Positions 38,712 through 53,700 of a DNA stretch of 64,000 nucleotides are shown here, one piece after another. Numbering within the stretch: the stretch's first letter is position 1; the number at the start of each line of letters is the position of its first letter. The notes beneath the pieces were generated by a model. That model saw only the letters and a program-made list of their open reading frames with translations, did not search any database and was not told the origin of the DNA. The stretch lies in NCBI RefSeq assembly GCF_009914755.1, contig NC_060936.1. One strand, written 5' to 3'. Source of the DNA: the human T2T-CHM13v2.0 reference genome, Homo sapiens. A program made the position numbers and the translations under genes.

Positions 38712-41700
38712 GTCTAAAGGAAGGTTCAACTCTGTGAGTTGAATACACACACCACAAATAAGTTACTGAGAATTCTTCTGTCGAACATTACTTGAAGAAA
38801 TCCCGTTTCCAACGAAGGCCTCAAAGAGGTCCAAATATCTACTTGCAGACATTACAAACAGAGTGTTTCCAAACTGCTCCATCAAAAGAAAGGTTAAACT
38901 CTGTGAGCTGAACACACACATCAAAAAGAAGTTTCTGTGAATGATTCTGTCTAGATTTTATAAGAAGATGTTTCCTTTTCTACCGTAGGCCTCAAAGCGC
39001 TTGAAATCTCCAGCTGCAAATTCCACAAAAAGGGTGTTTAACATCTGCTCTTCTAAAGGAAAGTTCAACTCTATGAGTTGAATACACACAGCACAAAGAA
39101 GTTACTGAGACTTCTCCTATCAAACATTATATGAAGAAATCCCGTTTCCAACGAAGGCCTCAAAGAGGTCCAAATATCTGCTTGCAGACTTTACAGACAG
39201 AGCGCTTCCAAACTGCTCCATCAAAAGAAAGGTTAAACTCCTTGAGTTGAACACACACATCACAAAGTAGTTTCTGTGAATGATTCTGTCTAGTTTTTAT
39301 ACGAAGATGTTTCCTTTTCTACCTTTGGTCTCAATGCGATTGAAATCTCCACATGGAAACTCCACAAAAAGAGTGTTTCAAATCTGCTCTTTCTGAAGGA
39401 AGGTTCAACTCTGTGAGTTGAATACACACACCACAAATAAGTTACTGAGAATTCTTCTGTGTAACATTATATGAGGAAATCCCGTTTCCAACGAAGGCCT
39501 CAAAGAGATCCAAATATCCACTTGCAGACTTTACAAAGACAGTGTCTCCAAACTCCTCCATCAAAAGAAAGGTTATGCTCTGTGAATTCAACGCACACAT
39601 CACAAAGTAGTTTCTGAGAATGATTCTGTCTAGTTTTTATACGAAGATATTTCCTTTTCTACATTTGGCCTAAAAGCGCTTGAAATCTCCACCTGCAAAT
39701 ATCACAAAAAGAGGGTTTCACATCTGCTCTGTCTAAAGGACAGTTCACCTCTGTGAGTTGAATAGAGGCAACACAAAGAACTTACTCAGTATTCTTCTTT
39801 CTAGCGTTCTATGAAGAAATCCCGTTTCCAACGAAGGCCTCAAAGAGGTCAAATATCTGCTTGCAGACTTTACAGACAGAGTGTTTCCAAACTACTCTAT
39901 GAAAAGAAAGCTTAAACTCCTTCAGTTGAACGCACACATCACAAAGTAGTTTCTGAGAATGATTCTGTCTAGTTTTTATACGAAGATGTTTCCTTTTCTA
40001 CATTTGGTCTCAAAGCGATTGAAATCTCCAACTGGAAACTGCACAAATAGGCTGTTTCAAATCTGCTCTGTCTAAAGGAAGGTTCATCTCTGTGAGTTGA
40101 ATACACACACCACAAATAAGTTACTGAGAATTCTTCTGTCGAACATTACAGGAAGAAATCCCGTTTCCAATGAAGGCCTCAAAGAGGTCCAAATATCCAC
40201 TTGCGGACATTACAAACAGTGTGTTTCCCAACTGCTCCATCAAAAGAAAGGTTAAACTCTGTGAGCTGAACACACACATCAAAAAGAAGTTTCTGTGAAT
40301 GATTCTGTCTAGATTTTATAAGAAGATGTTTCCTTTTCTACCGTAGGCCTCAAAGCGCTTGAAATCTCCAGCTGCAAATTACACAAAAAGGGTGTTTAAC
40401 ATCTGCTCTTCTAAAGGAAAGTTCAACTCTATGAGTTCAATACACACAGCACAAAGAAGTTACTGAGACTTCTCCTATCAAACATTATATGAAGAAATCC
40501 CGCTTCCAACGAAGGCCTCAAAGAGGTCCAAATATCTGCTTGCAGACTTTACAGACAGAGTGTTTCCAAACTGCTCCATCAAAAGAAAGGTTGACCTGCT
40601 TGAGTTGAACACACACATCACAAAGTAGTTTCTGTGAATGATTCTGTCTAGTTTTTATACGAAGATGTTTCCTTTTCTACCTTTGGTCTCAAAGCGATTG
40701 AAATCTCCACATGGAAACTCCACAAAAAGAGTGTTTCAAATCTGCTCTTTCTGAAGGAAGGTTCAACTCTGTGAGTTGAATACACACACCACAAATAAGT
40801 TACTGAGAATTCTTCTGTGTAACATTATATGAGGAAATCCCGTTTCCAACGAAGGCCTCAAAGAGGTCCAAATATCCACTTGCAGACTTTACAAAGACAG
40901 TGTCTCCAAACTCCTCCATCAAAAGAAAGTTTATACTCTGTGAATTGAATGCACACATCACAAAGTAGTTTCTGAGAATGATTCTGTCTAGTTTTTATAC
41001 GAAGATATTTCCTTTTCTACATTTGGCCTAAAAGCGCTTGAAATCTCCACCTGCAAATATCACAAAAAGAGGGTTTCACATCTGCTCTGTCTAAAGGACA
41101 GTTCACCTCTGTGAGTTGAATAGAGGCAACACAAAGAACTTACTCAGTATTCTTCTTTCTAGCGTTCTATGAAGAAATCCCGTTTCCAACGAAGGCCTCA
41201 AAGAGGTCAAATATCTGCTTGCAGACTTTACAGACAGAGTGTTTCCAAACTACTCTATGAAAAGAAAGCTTAAACTCCTTCAGTTGAACGCACACATCAC
41301 AAAGTAGTTTCTGAGAATGATTCTGTCTAGTTTTTATACGAAGATGTTTCCTTTTCTACATTTGGTCTCAAAGCGATTGAAATCTCCAACTGGAAACTGC
41401 ACAAATAGGGTGTTTCAAATCTGCTCTGTCTAAAAGAAGGTTCAACTCTGTGAGTTGAATACACACACCACAAATAAGTTACTGAGAATTCTTCTGTCGA
41501 ACATTACTTGAAGAAATCCCGTTTCCAACGAAGGCCTCAAAGAGGTCCAAATATCCACTTGCAGACATTACAAACAGAGTGTTTCCAAACTGCTCCATCA
41601 AAAGAAAGGTTAAACTCTGTGAGCTGAACACACACATCAAAAAGAAGTTTCTGTGAATGATTCTGTCTAGATTTTATAAGAAGATGTTTCCTTTTCTACC

Positions 41701-44700
41701 GTAGGCCTCAAAGCGCTTGAAATCTCCAGCTGCAAATTCCACAAAAAGGGTGTTTAACATCTGCTCTTCTAAAGGAAAGTTCAACTCTATGAGTTGAATA
41801 CACACAGCACAAAGAAGTTACTGAGACTTCTCCTATCAAACATTATATGAAGAAATCCCGTTTTCAACGAAGGCCTCAAAGAGGTCCAAATATCTGCTTG
41901 CAGACTTTACAGACAGAGTGTTTCCAAACTGCTCCATCAAAAGAAAGGTTAAACTCCTTGAGTTGAACACACACATCACAAAGTAGTTTCTGTGAATGAT
42001 TCTGTCTAGTTTTTATACGAAGATGTTTCCTTTTCTACCTTTGGTCTCAAAGCGATTGAAATCTCCACATGGAAACTCCACCAAAAGAGTGTTTCAAATC
42101 TGCTCTTTCTGAAGGAAGGTTCAACTCTGTGAGTTGAATACAGACACCACGAATAAGTTACTGAGAATTCTTCTGTGTAACATTATATGAGGAAATCCCG
42201 TTTCCAACGAAGGCCTCAAAGAGATCCAAATATCCACTTGCAGACTTTACAAAGACAGTGTCTCCAAACTCCTCCATCAAAAGAAAGGTTATACTCTGTG
42301 AATTGAACGCACACATCACAAAGTAGTTTCTCAGAATGATTCTGTCTAGTTTTTATACGAAGATATTTCCTTTTCTACATTTGGCCTAAAAGCGCTTGAA
42401 ATCTCCACCTGCAAATATCACAAAAAGAGGGTTTCACATCTGCTCTGTCTAAAGGACAGTTCACCTCTGTGAGTTGAATAGAGGCAACACAAAGAACTTA
42501 CTCAGTATTCTTCTTTCTAGCGTTCTATGAAGAAATCCCGTTTCCAACGAAGGCCTCAAAGAGGTCAAATATCTGCTTGCAGACTTTACAGACAGAGTGT
42601 TTCCAAACTACTCTATGAAAAGAAAGCTTAAACTCCTTGAGTTGAACGCACACATCACAAAGTAGTTTCTGAGAATGATTCTGTCTAGTTTTTATACGAA
42701 GATGTTTCCTTTTCTACATTTGGTCTCAAAGCGATTGAAATCTCCAACTGGAAACTGCACAAATAGGCTGTTTCAAATCTGCTCTGTCTAAAGGAAGGTT
42801 CAGCTCTGTGTGTTGAATACACACACCACAAATAAGTTACTGAGAATTCTTCTGTCGAACATTACAGGAAGAAATCCCGTTTCCAACGAAGGCCTCAAAG
42901 AGGTCCAAATATCCACTTGCGGACATTACAAACAGTGTGTTTCCCAACTGCTCCATCAAAAGAAAGGTTAAACTCTGTGAGCTGAACACACACATCAAAA
43001 AGAAGTTTCTGTGAATGATTCTGTCTAGATTTTATAAGAAGATGTTTCCTTTTCTACCGTAGGCCTCAAAGCGCTTGAAATCTCCAGCTGCAAATTCCAC
43101 AAAAAGGGTGTTTAACATCTGCTCTTCTAAAGGAAAGTTCAACTCTATGAGTTGAATACACACAGCACAAAGAAGTTACTGAGACTTCTCCTATCAAACA
43201 TTATATGAAGAAATCCCGTTTCCAACGAAGGCCTCAAAGAGGTCCAAATGTCTGCTTGCAGACTTTACAGACAGAGTGTTTCCAAACTGCTCCATCAAAA
43301 GAAAGGTTAAACTCCTTGAGTTGAACACACACATCACAAAGTAGTTTCTGTGAATGATTCTGTCTAGTTTTTATACGAAGATGTTTCCTTTTCTACCTTT
43401 GGTCTCAAAGCGATTGAAATCTCCACATGGAAACTCCACAAAAAGAGTGTTTCAAATCTGCTCTTTCTGAAGGAAGGTTCAACTCTGTGAGTTGAATACA
43501 CACACCACAAATAAGTTACTGAGAATTCTTCTGTGTAACATTATATGAGGAAATCCCGTTTCCAACGAAGGCCTCAAAGAGGTCCAAATATCCACTTGCA
43601 GACTTTACAAAGACAGTGTCTCCCAACTCCTCCATCAAAAGAAAGGTTATACTCTGTGAATTGAACGCACACATCACAAAGTAGTTTCTGAGAATGATTC
43701 TGTCTAGTTTTTATACGAAGATATTTCCTTTTCTACATTTGGCCTAAAAGCGCTTGAAATCTCCACCTGCAAATATCACAAAAAGAGGGTTTCACATCTG
43801 CTCTGTCTAAAGGACAGTTCACCTCTGTGAGTTGAATAGAGGCAACACAAAGAACTTACTCAGTATTCTTCTTTCTAGCGTTCTATGAAGAAATCCCGTT
43901 TCTAACGAAGGCCTCAAAGAGGTCAAATATCTGCTTGCAGACTTTACAGACAGAGTGTTTCCAAACTACTCTATGAAAAGAAAGCTTAAACTCCTTGAGT
44001 TGAACGCACACATCACAAAGTAGTTTCTGAGAATGATTCTGTCTAGTTTTTATACGAAGATGTTTCCTTTTCTACATTTGGTCTCAAAGCTCTTGAAATC
44101 TCCAACTGGAAACTGCACAAATAGGCTGTTTCAAATCTGCTCTGTCTAAAGGAAGGTTCAGCTCTGTGAGTTGAATGCACACACCACAAATAAGTTACTG
44201 AGAATTCTTCTGTCGAACATTACTTGAAGAAATCCCGTTTCCAACGAAGGCCTCAAAGAGGTCCAAATATCCACTTGCAGACGTTACAAACAGAGTGTTT
44301 CCAAACTGCTCCATCAAAAGAAAGGTTAAACTCTGTGAGCTGAACACACACATCAAAAAGAAGTTTCTGTGAATGATTCTGTCTAGATTTTATAAGAAGA
44401 TGTTTCCTTTTCTACCGTAGGCCTCAAAGCGCTTGAAATCTCCAGCTGCAAATTCCACAAAAAGGGTGTTTAACATCTGCTCTTCTAAAGGAAAGTTCAA
44501 CTCTATGAGTTGAATACACACAGCACAAAGAAGTTACTGAGACTTCTCCTATCAAACATTATATGAAGAAATCCCGTTTCCAACGAAGGCCTCAAAGAGG
44601 TCCAAATATCTGCTTGCAGACTTTACAGACAGAGTGTTTCCAAACTGCTCCATCAAAAGAAAGGTTAAACTCCTTGAGTTGAACACACACATCACAAAGT

Positions 44701-47700
44701 AGTTTCTGTGAATGATTCTGTCTAGTTTTTATACGAAGATGTTTCCTTTTCTACCTTTGGTCTCAAAGCGATTGAAATCTCCACATGGAAACTCCACAAA
44801 AAGAGTGTTTCAAATCTGCTCTTTCTGAAGGAAGGTTCAACTCTGTGAGTTGAATACACACACCACAAATAAGTTACTGAGAATTCTTCTGTGTAACATT
44901 ATATGAGGAAATCCCGTTTCCAACGAAGGCCTCAAAGAGGTCCAAATATCCACTTGCAGACTTTACAAAGACAGTGTCTCCAAACTCCTCCATCAAAAGA
45001 AAGGTTATACTCTGTGAATTGAACGCACACATCACAAAGTAGTTTCTGAGAATGATTCTGTCTAGTTTTTATACGAAGATATTTCCTTTTCTACATTTGG
45101 CCTAAAAGCGCTTGAAATCTCCACCTGCAAATATCACAAAAAGAGGGTTTCACATCTGCTCTGTCTAAAGGACAGTTCACCTCTGTGAGTTGAATAGAGG
45201 CAACACAAAGAACTTACTCAGTATTCTTCTTTCTAGCGTTCTATGAAGAAATCCCGTTTCCAACGAAGGCCTCAAAGAGCTCAAATATCTGCTTGCAGAC
45301 TTTACAGACAGAGTGTTTCCAAACTACTCTATGAAAAGAAAGCTTAAACTCCTTGAGTTGAACGCACACATCACAAAGTAGTTTCTGAGAATGATTCTGT
45401 CTAGTTTTTATACGAAGATGTTTCCTTTTCTACATTTGGTCTCAAAGCTCTTGAAATCTCCAACTGGAAACTGCACAAATAGGCTGTTTCAAATCTGCTC
45501 TGTCTAAAGGAAGGTTCAACTCTGTGAGTTGAATACACACACCACAAATAAGTTACTGAGAATTCTTCTGTCGAACATTACTTGAAGAAATCCCGTTTCC
45601 AACGAAGGCCTCAAAGAGGTCCAAATATCCACTTGCAGACGTTACAAACAGAGTGTTTCCAAACTGCTCCATCAAAAGAAAGGTTAAACTCTGTGAGCTG
45701 AACACACACATCAAAAAGAAGTTTCTGTGAATGATTCTGTCTAGATTTTATAAGAAGATGTTTCCTTTTCTACCGTAGGCCTCAAAGCGCTTGAAATCTC
45801 CAGCTGCAAATTCCACAAAAAGGGTGTTTAACATCTGCTCTTCTAAAGGAAAGTTCAACTCTATGAGTTGAATACACACAGCACAAAGAAGTTACTGAGA
45901 CTTCTCCTATCAAACATTATATGAAGAAATCCCGTTTCCAACGAAGGCCTCAAAGAGGTCCAAATATCTGCTTGCAGACTTTACAGACAGAGTGTTTCCA
46001 AACTGCTCCATCAAAAGAAAGGTTAAACTCCTTGAGTTGAACACACACATCACAAAGTAGTTTCTGTGAATGATTCTGTCTAGTTTTTATACGAAGATGT
46101 TTCCTTTTCTACCTTTGGTCTCAAAGCGATTGAAATCTCCACATGGAAACTCCACAAAAAGAGTGTTTCAAATCTGCTCTTTCTGAAGGAAGGTTCAACT
46201 CTGTGAGTTGAATACACACACCACAAATAAGTTACTGAGAATTCTTCTGTGTAACATTATATGAGGAAATCCCGTTTCCAACGAAGGCCTCAAAGAGGTC
46301 CAAATATCCACTTGCAGACTTTACAAAGACAGTGTCTCCAAACTCTTCCATCAAAAGAAAGGTTATACTCTGTGAATTGAACGCACACATCACAAAGTAG
46401 TTTCTGAGAATGATTCTGTCTAGTTTTTATACGAAGATATTTCCTTTTCTACATTTGGCCTAAAAGCGCTTGAAATCTCCACCTGCAAATATCACAAAAA
46501 GAGGGTTTCACATCTGCTCTGTCTAAAGGACAGTTCACCTCTGTGAGTTGAATAGAGGCAACACAAAGAACTTACTCAGTATTCTTCTTTCTAGCGTTCT
46601 ATGAAGAAATCCCGTTTCCAACGAAGGCCTCAAAGAGGTCAAATATCTGCTTGCAGACTTTACAGACAGAGTGTTTCCAAACTACTCTATGAAAAGAAAG
46701 CTTAAACTCCTTGAGTTGAAAGCACACATCACAAAGTAGTTTCTGAGAATGATTCTGTCTAGTTTTTATACGAAGATGTTTCCTTTTCTACATTTGGTCT
46801 CAAAGCGATTGAAATCTCCAACTGGAAACTGCACAAATAGGCTGTTTCAAATCTGCTCTGTCTAAAGGAAGGTTCAACTCTGTGAGTTGAATACACACAC
46901 CACAAATAAGTTACTGAGAATTCTTCTGTCGAACATTACAGGAAGAAATCCCGTTTCCAACGAAGGCCTCAAAGAGCTCCAAATATCCACTTGCAGACAT
47001 TACAAACAGTGTGTTTCCCAACTGCTCCATCAAAAGAAAGGTTAAACTCTGTGAGCTGAACACACACATCAAAAAGAAGTTTCTGTGAATGATTCTGTCT
47101 AGATTTTATAAGAAGATGTTTCCTTTTCTACCGTAGGCCTCAAAGCGCTTGAAATCTCCAGCTGCAAATTCCACAAAAAGGGTGTTTAACATCTGCTCTT
47201 CTAAAGGAAAGTTCAACTCTATGAGTTGAATACACACAGCACAAAGAAGTTACTGAGACTTCTCCTATCAAACATTATATGAAGAAATCCCGTTTCCAAC
47301 GAAGGCCTCAAAGAGGTCCAAATATCTGCTTGCAGACTTTACAGACAGAGTGTTTCCAAACTGCTCCATCAAAAGAAAGGTTAAACTCCTTGAGTTGAAC
47401 ACACACATCACAAAGTAGTTTCTGTGAATGATTCTGTCTAGTTTTTATACGAAGATGTTTCCTTTTCTACCTTTGGTCTCAAAGCGATTGAAATCTCCAC
47501 ATGGAAACTCCACCAAAAGAGTGTTTCAAATCTGCTCTTTCTGAAGGAAGGTTCAACTCTGTGAGTTGAATACAGACACCACGAATAAGTTACTGAGAAT
47601 TCTTCTGTGTAACATTATATGAGGAAATCCCGTTTCCAACGAAGGCCTCAAAGAGGTCCAAATATCCACTTGCAGACTTTACAAAGACAGTGTCTCCAAA

Positions 47701-50700
47701 CTCCTCCATCAAAAGAAAGGTTATACTCTGTGAATTGAACGCACACATCACAAAGTAGTTTCTCAGAATGATTCTGTCTAGTTTTTATACGAAGATATTT
47801 CCTTTTCTACATTTGGCCTAAAAGCGCTTGAAATCTCCACCTGCAAATATCACAAAAAGAGGGTTTCACATCTGCTCTGTCTAAAGGACAGTTCACCTCT
47901 GTGAGTTGAATAGAGGCAACACAAAGAACTTACTCAGTATTCTTCTTTCTAGCGTTCTATGAAGAAATCCCGTTTCCAACGAAGGCCTCAAAGAGGTCAA
48001 ATATCTGCTTGCAGACTTTACAGACAGAGTGTTTCCAAACTACTCTATGAAAAGAAAGCTTAAACTCCTTGAGTTGAACGCACACATCACAAAGTAGTTT
48101 CTGAGAATGATTCTGTCTAGTTTTTATACGAAGATGTTTCCTTTTCTACATTTGGTCTCAAAGCGATTGAAATCTCCAACTGGAAACTGCACAAATAGGC
48201 TGTTTCAAATCTGCTCTGTCTAAAGGAAGGTTCAGCTCTGTGAGTTGAATGCACACACCACAAATAAGTTACTGAGAATTCTTCTGTCGAACATTACTTG
48301 AAGAAATCCCGTTTCCAACGAAGGCCTCAAAGAGGTCCAAATATCCACTTGCAGACGTTACAAACAGAGTGTTTCCAAACTGCTCCATCAAAAGAAAGGT
48401 TAAACTCTGTGAGCTGAACACACACATCAAAAAGAAGTTTCTGTGAATGATTCTGTCTAGATTTTATAAGAAGATGTTTCCTTTTCTACCGTAGGCCTCA
48501 AAGCGCTTGAAATCTCCAGCTGCAAATTCCACAAAAAGGGTGTTTAACATCTGCTCTTCTAAAGGAAAGTTCAACTCTATGAGTTGAATACACACAGCAC
48601 AAAGAAGTTACTGAGACTTCTCCTATCAAACATTATATGAAGAAATCCCGTTTCCAACGAAGGCCTCAAAGAGGTCCAAATATCTGCTTGCAGACTTTAC
48701 AGACAGAGTGTTTCCAAACTGCTCCATCAAAAGAAAGGTTAAACTCCTTGAGTTGAACACACACATCACAAAGTAGTTTCTGTGAATGATTCTCTCTAGT
48801 TTTTATACGAAGATGTTTCCTTTTCTACCTTTGGTCTAAAAGCGATTGAAATCTCCACATGGAAACTCCACAAAAAGAGTGTTTCAAATCTGCTCTTTCT
48901 GAAGGAAGGTTCAACTCTGTGAGTTGAATACACACACCACAAATAAGTTACTGAGAATTCTTCTGTGTAACATTATATGAGGAAATCCCGTTTCCAACGA
49001 AGGCCTCAAAGAGGTCCAAATATCCACTTGCAGACTTTACAAAGACAGTGTCTCCAAACTCCTCCATCAAAAGAAAGGTTATACTCTGTGAATTGAACGC
49101 ACACATCACAAAGTAGTTTCTGAGAATGATTCTGTCTAGTTTTTATACGAAGATATTTCCTTTTCTACATTTGGCCTAAAAGCGCTTGAAATCTCCACCT
49201 GCAAATATCACAAAAAGAGGGTTTCACATCTGCTCTGTCTAAAGGACAGTTCACCTCTGTGAGTTGAATAGAGGCAACACAAAGAACTTACTCAGTATTC
49301 TTCTTTCTAGCGTTCTATGAAGAAATCCCGTTTCCAACGAAGGCCTCAAAGAGCTCAAATATCTGCTTGCAGACTTTACAGACAGAGTGTTTCCAAACTA
49401 CTCTATGAAAAGAAAGCTTAAACTCCTTGAGTTGAACGCACACATCACAAAGTAGTTTCTGAGAATGATTCTGTCTAGTTTTTATACGAAGATGTTTCCT
49501 TTTCTACATTTGGTCTCAAAGCTCTTGAAATCTCCAACTGGAAACTGCACAAATAGGCTGTTTCAAATCTGCTCTGTCTAAAGGAAGGTTCAACTCTGTG
49601 AGTTGAATACACACACCACAAATAAGTTACTGAGAATTCTTCTGTCGAACATTACTTGAAGAAATCCCGTTTCCAACGAAGGCCTCAAAGAGGTCCAAAT
49701 ATCCACTTGCAGACGTTACAAACAGAGTGTTTCCAAACTGCTCCATCAAAAGAAAGGTTAAACTCTGTGAGCTGAACACACACATCAAAAAGAAGTTTCT
49801 GTGAATGATTCTGTCTAGATTTTATAAGAAGATGTTTCCTTTTCTACCGTAGGCCTCAAAGCGCTTGAAATCTCCAGCTGCAAATTCCACAAAAAGGGTG
49901 TTTAACATCTGCTCTTCTAAAGGAAAGTTCAACTCTATGAGTTGAATACACACAGCACAAAGAAGTTACTGAGACTTCTCCTATCAAACATTATATGAAG
50001 AAATCCCGTTTCCAACGAAGGCCTCAAAGAGGTCCAAATATCTGCTTGCAGACTTTACAGACAGAGTGTTTCCAAACTGCTCCATCAAAAGAAAGGTTAA
50101 ACTCCTTGAGTTGAACACACACATCACAAAGTAGTTTCTGTGAATGATTCTGTCTAGTTTTTATACGAAGATGTTTCCTTTTCTACCTTTGGTCTCAAAG
50201 CGATTGAAATCTCCACATGGAAACTCCACAAAAAGAGTGTTTCAAATCTGCTCTTTCTGAAGGAAGGTTCAACTCTGTGAGTTGAATACACACACCACAA
50301 ATAAGTTACTGAGAATTCTTCTGTGTAACATTATATGAGGAAATCCCGTTTCCAACGAAGGCCTCAAAGAGGTCCAAATATCCACTTGCAGACTTTACAA
50401 AGACAGTGTCTCCAAACTCTTCCATCAAAAGAAAGGTTATACTCTGTGAATTGAACGCACACATCACAAAGTAGTTTCTGAGAATGATTCTGTCTAGTTT
50501 TTATACGAAGATATTTCCTTTTCTACATTTGGCCTAAAAGCGCTTGAAATCTCCACCTGCAAATATCACAAAAAGAGGGTTTCACATCTGCTCTGTCTAA
50601 AGGACAGTTCACCTCTGTGAGTTGAATAGAGGCAACACAAAGAACTTACTCAGTATTCTTCTTTCTAGCGTTCTATGAAGAAATCCCGTTTCCAACGAAG

Positions 50701-53700
50701 GCCTCAAAGAGGTCAAATATCTGCTTGCAGACTTTACAGACAGAGTGTTTCCAAACTACTCTATGAAAAGAAAGCTTAAACTCCTTGAGTTGAAAGCACA
50801 CATCACAAAGTAGTTTCTGAGAATGATTCTGTCTAGTTTTTATACGAAGATGTTTCCTTTTCTACATTTGGTCTCAAAGCGATTGAAATCTCCAACTGGA
50901 AACTGCACAAATAGGCTGTTTCAAATCTGCTCTGTCTAAAGGAAGGTTCAACTCTGTGAGTTGAATACACACACCACAAATAAGTTACTGAGAATTCTTC
51001 TGTCGAACATTACTTGAAGAAATCCCGTTTCCAACGAAGGCCTCAAAGAGGTCCAAATATCCACTTGCAGACGTTACAAACAGAGTGTTTCCAAACTGCT
51101 CCATCAAAAGAAAGGTTAAACTCTGTGAGCTGAACACACACATCAAAAAGAAGTTTCTGTGAATGATTCTGTCTAGATTTTATAAGAAGATGTTTCCTTT
51201 TCTACCGTAGGCCTCAAAGCGCTTGAAATCTCCAGCTGCAAATTCCACAAAAAGGGTGTTTAACATCTGCTCTTCTAAAGGAAAGTTCAACTCTATGAGT
51301 TGAATACACACAGCACAAAGAAGTTACTGAGACTTCTCCTATCAAACATTATATGAAGAAATCCCGTTTCCAACGAAGGCCTCAAAGAGGTCCAAATATC
51401 TGCTTGCAGACTTTACAGACAGAGTGTTTCCAAACTGCTCCATCAAAAGAAAGGTTAAACTCCTTGAGTTGAACACACACATCACAAAGTAGTTTCTGTG
51501 AATGATTCTGTCTAGTTTTTATACGAAGATGTTTCCTTTTCTACCTTTGGTCTCAAAGCGATTGAAATCTCCACATGGAAACTCCACAAAAAGAGTGTTT
51601 CAAATCTGCTCTTTCTGAAGGAAGGTTCAACTCTGTGAGTTGAATACACACACCACAAATAAGTTACTGAGAATTCTTCTGTGTAACATTATATGAGGAA
51701 ATCCCGTTTCCAACGAAGGCCTCAAAGAGGTCCAAATATCCACTTGCAGACTTTACAAAGACAGTGTCTCCAAACTCTTCCATCAAAAGAAAGGTTATAC
51801 TCTGTGAATTGAACGCACACATCACAAAGTAGTTTCTGAGAATGATTCTGTCTAGTTTTTATACGAAGATATTTCCTTTTCTACATTTGGCCTAAAAGCG
51901 CTTGAAATCTCCACCTGCAAATATCACAAAAAGAGGGTTTCACATCTGCTCTGTCTAAAGGACAGTTCACCTCTGTGAGTTGAATAGAGGCAACACAAAG
52001 AACTTACTCAGTATTCTTCTTTCTAGCGTTCTATGAAGAAATCCCGTTTCCAACGAAGGCCTCAAAGAGGTCAAATATCTGCTTGCAGACTTTACAGACA
52101 GAGTGTTTCCAAACTACTCTATGAAAAGAAAGCTTAAACTCCTTGAGTTGAAAGCACACATCACAAAGTAGTTTCTGAGAATGATTCTGTCTAGTTTTTA
52201 TACGAAGATGTTTCCTTTTCTACATTTGGTCTCAAAGCGATTGAAATCTCCAACTGGAAACTGCACAAATAGGCTGTTTCAAATCTGCTCTGTCTAAAGG
52301 AAGGTTCAACTCTGTGAGTTGAATACACACACCACAAATAAGTTACTGAGAATTCTTCTGTCGAACATTACTTGAAGAAATCCCGTTTCCAACGAAGGCC
52401 TCAAAGAGGTCCAAATATCCACTTGCAGACGTTACAAACAGAGTGTTTCCAAACTGCTCCATCAAAAGAAAGGTTAAACTCTGTGAGCTGAACACACACA
52501 TCAAAAAGAAGTTTCTGTGAATGATTCTGTCTAGATTTTATAAGAAGATGTTTCCTTTTCTACCGTAGGCCTCAAAGCGCTTGAAATCTCCAGCTGCAAA
52601 TTCCACAAAAAGGGTGTTTAACATCTGCTCTTCTAAAGGAAAGTTCAACTCTATGAGTTGAATACACACAGCACAAAGAAGTTACTGAGACTTCTCCTAT
52701 CAAACATTATATGAAGAAATCCCGTTTCCAACGAAGGCCTCAAAGAGGTCCAAATATCTGCTTGCAGACTTTACAGACAGAGTGTTTCCAAACTGCTCCA
52801 TCAAAAGAAAGGTTAAACTCCTTGAGTTGAACACACACATCACAAAGTAGTTTCTGTGAATGATTCTGTCTAGTTTTTATACGAAGATGTTTCCTTTTCT
52901 ACCTTTGGTCTCAAAGCGATTGAAATCTCCACATGGAAACTCCACAAAAAGAGTGTTTCAAATCTGCTCTTTCTGAAGGAAGGTTCAACTCTGTGAGTTG
53001 AATACACACACCACAAATAAGTTACTGAGAATTCTTCTGTGTAACATTATATGAGGAAATCCCGTTTCCAACGAAGGCCTCAAAGAGGTCCAAATATCCA
53101 CTTGCAGACTTTACAAAGACAGTGTCTCCCAACTCCTCCATCAAAAGAAAGGTTATACTCTGTGAATTGAACGCACACATCACAAAGTAGTTTCTGAGAA
53201 TGATTCTGTCTAGTTTTTATACGAAGATATTTCCTTTTCTACATTTGGCCTAAAAGCGCTTGAAATCTCCACCTGCAAATATCACAAAAAGAGGGTTTCA
53301 CATCTGCTCTGTCTAAAGGACAGTTCACCTCTGTGAGTTGAATAGAGGCAACACAAAGAACTTACTCAGTATTCTTCTTTCTAGCGTTCTATGAAGAAAT
53401 CCCGTTTCCAACGAAGGCCTCAAAGAGGTCAAATATCTGCTTGCAGACTTTACAGACAGAGTGTTTCCAAACTACTCTATGAAAAGAAAGCTTAAACTCC
53501 TTGAGTTGAACGCACACATCACAAAGTAGTTTCTGAGAATGATTCTGTCTAGTTTTTATACGAAGATGTTTCCTTTTCTACATTTGGTCTCAAAGCTCTT
53601 GAAATCTCCAACTGGAAACTGCACAAATAGGCTGTTTCAAATCTGCTCTGTCTAAAGGAAGGTTCAACTCTGTGAGTTGAATACACACACCACAAATAAG

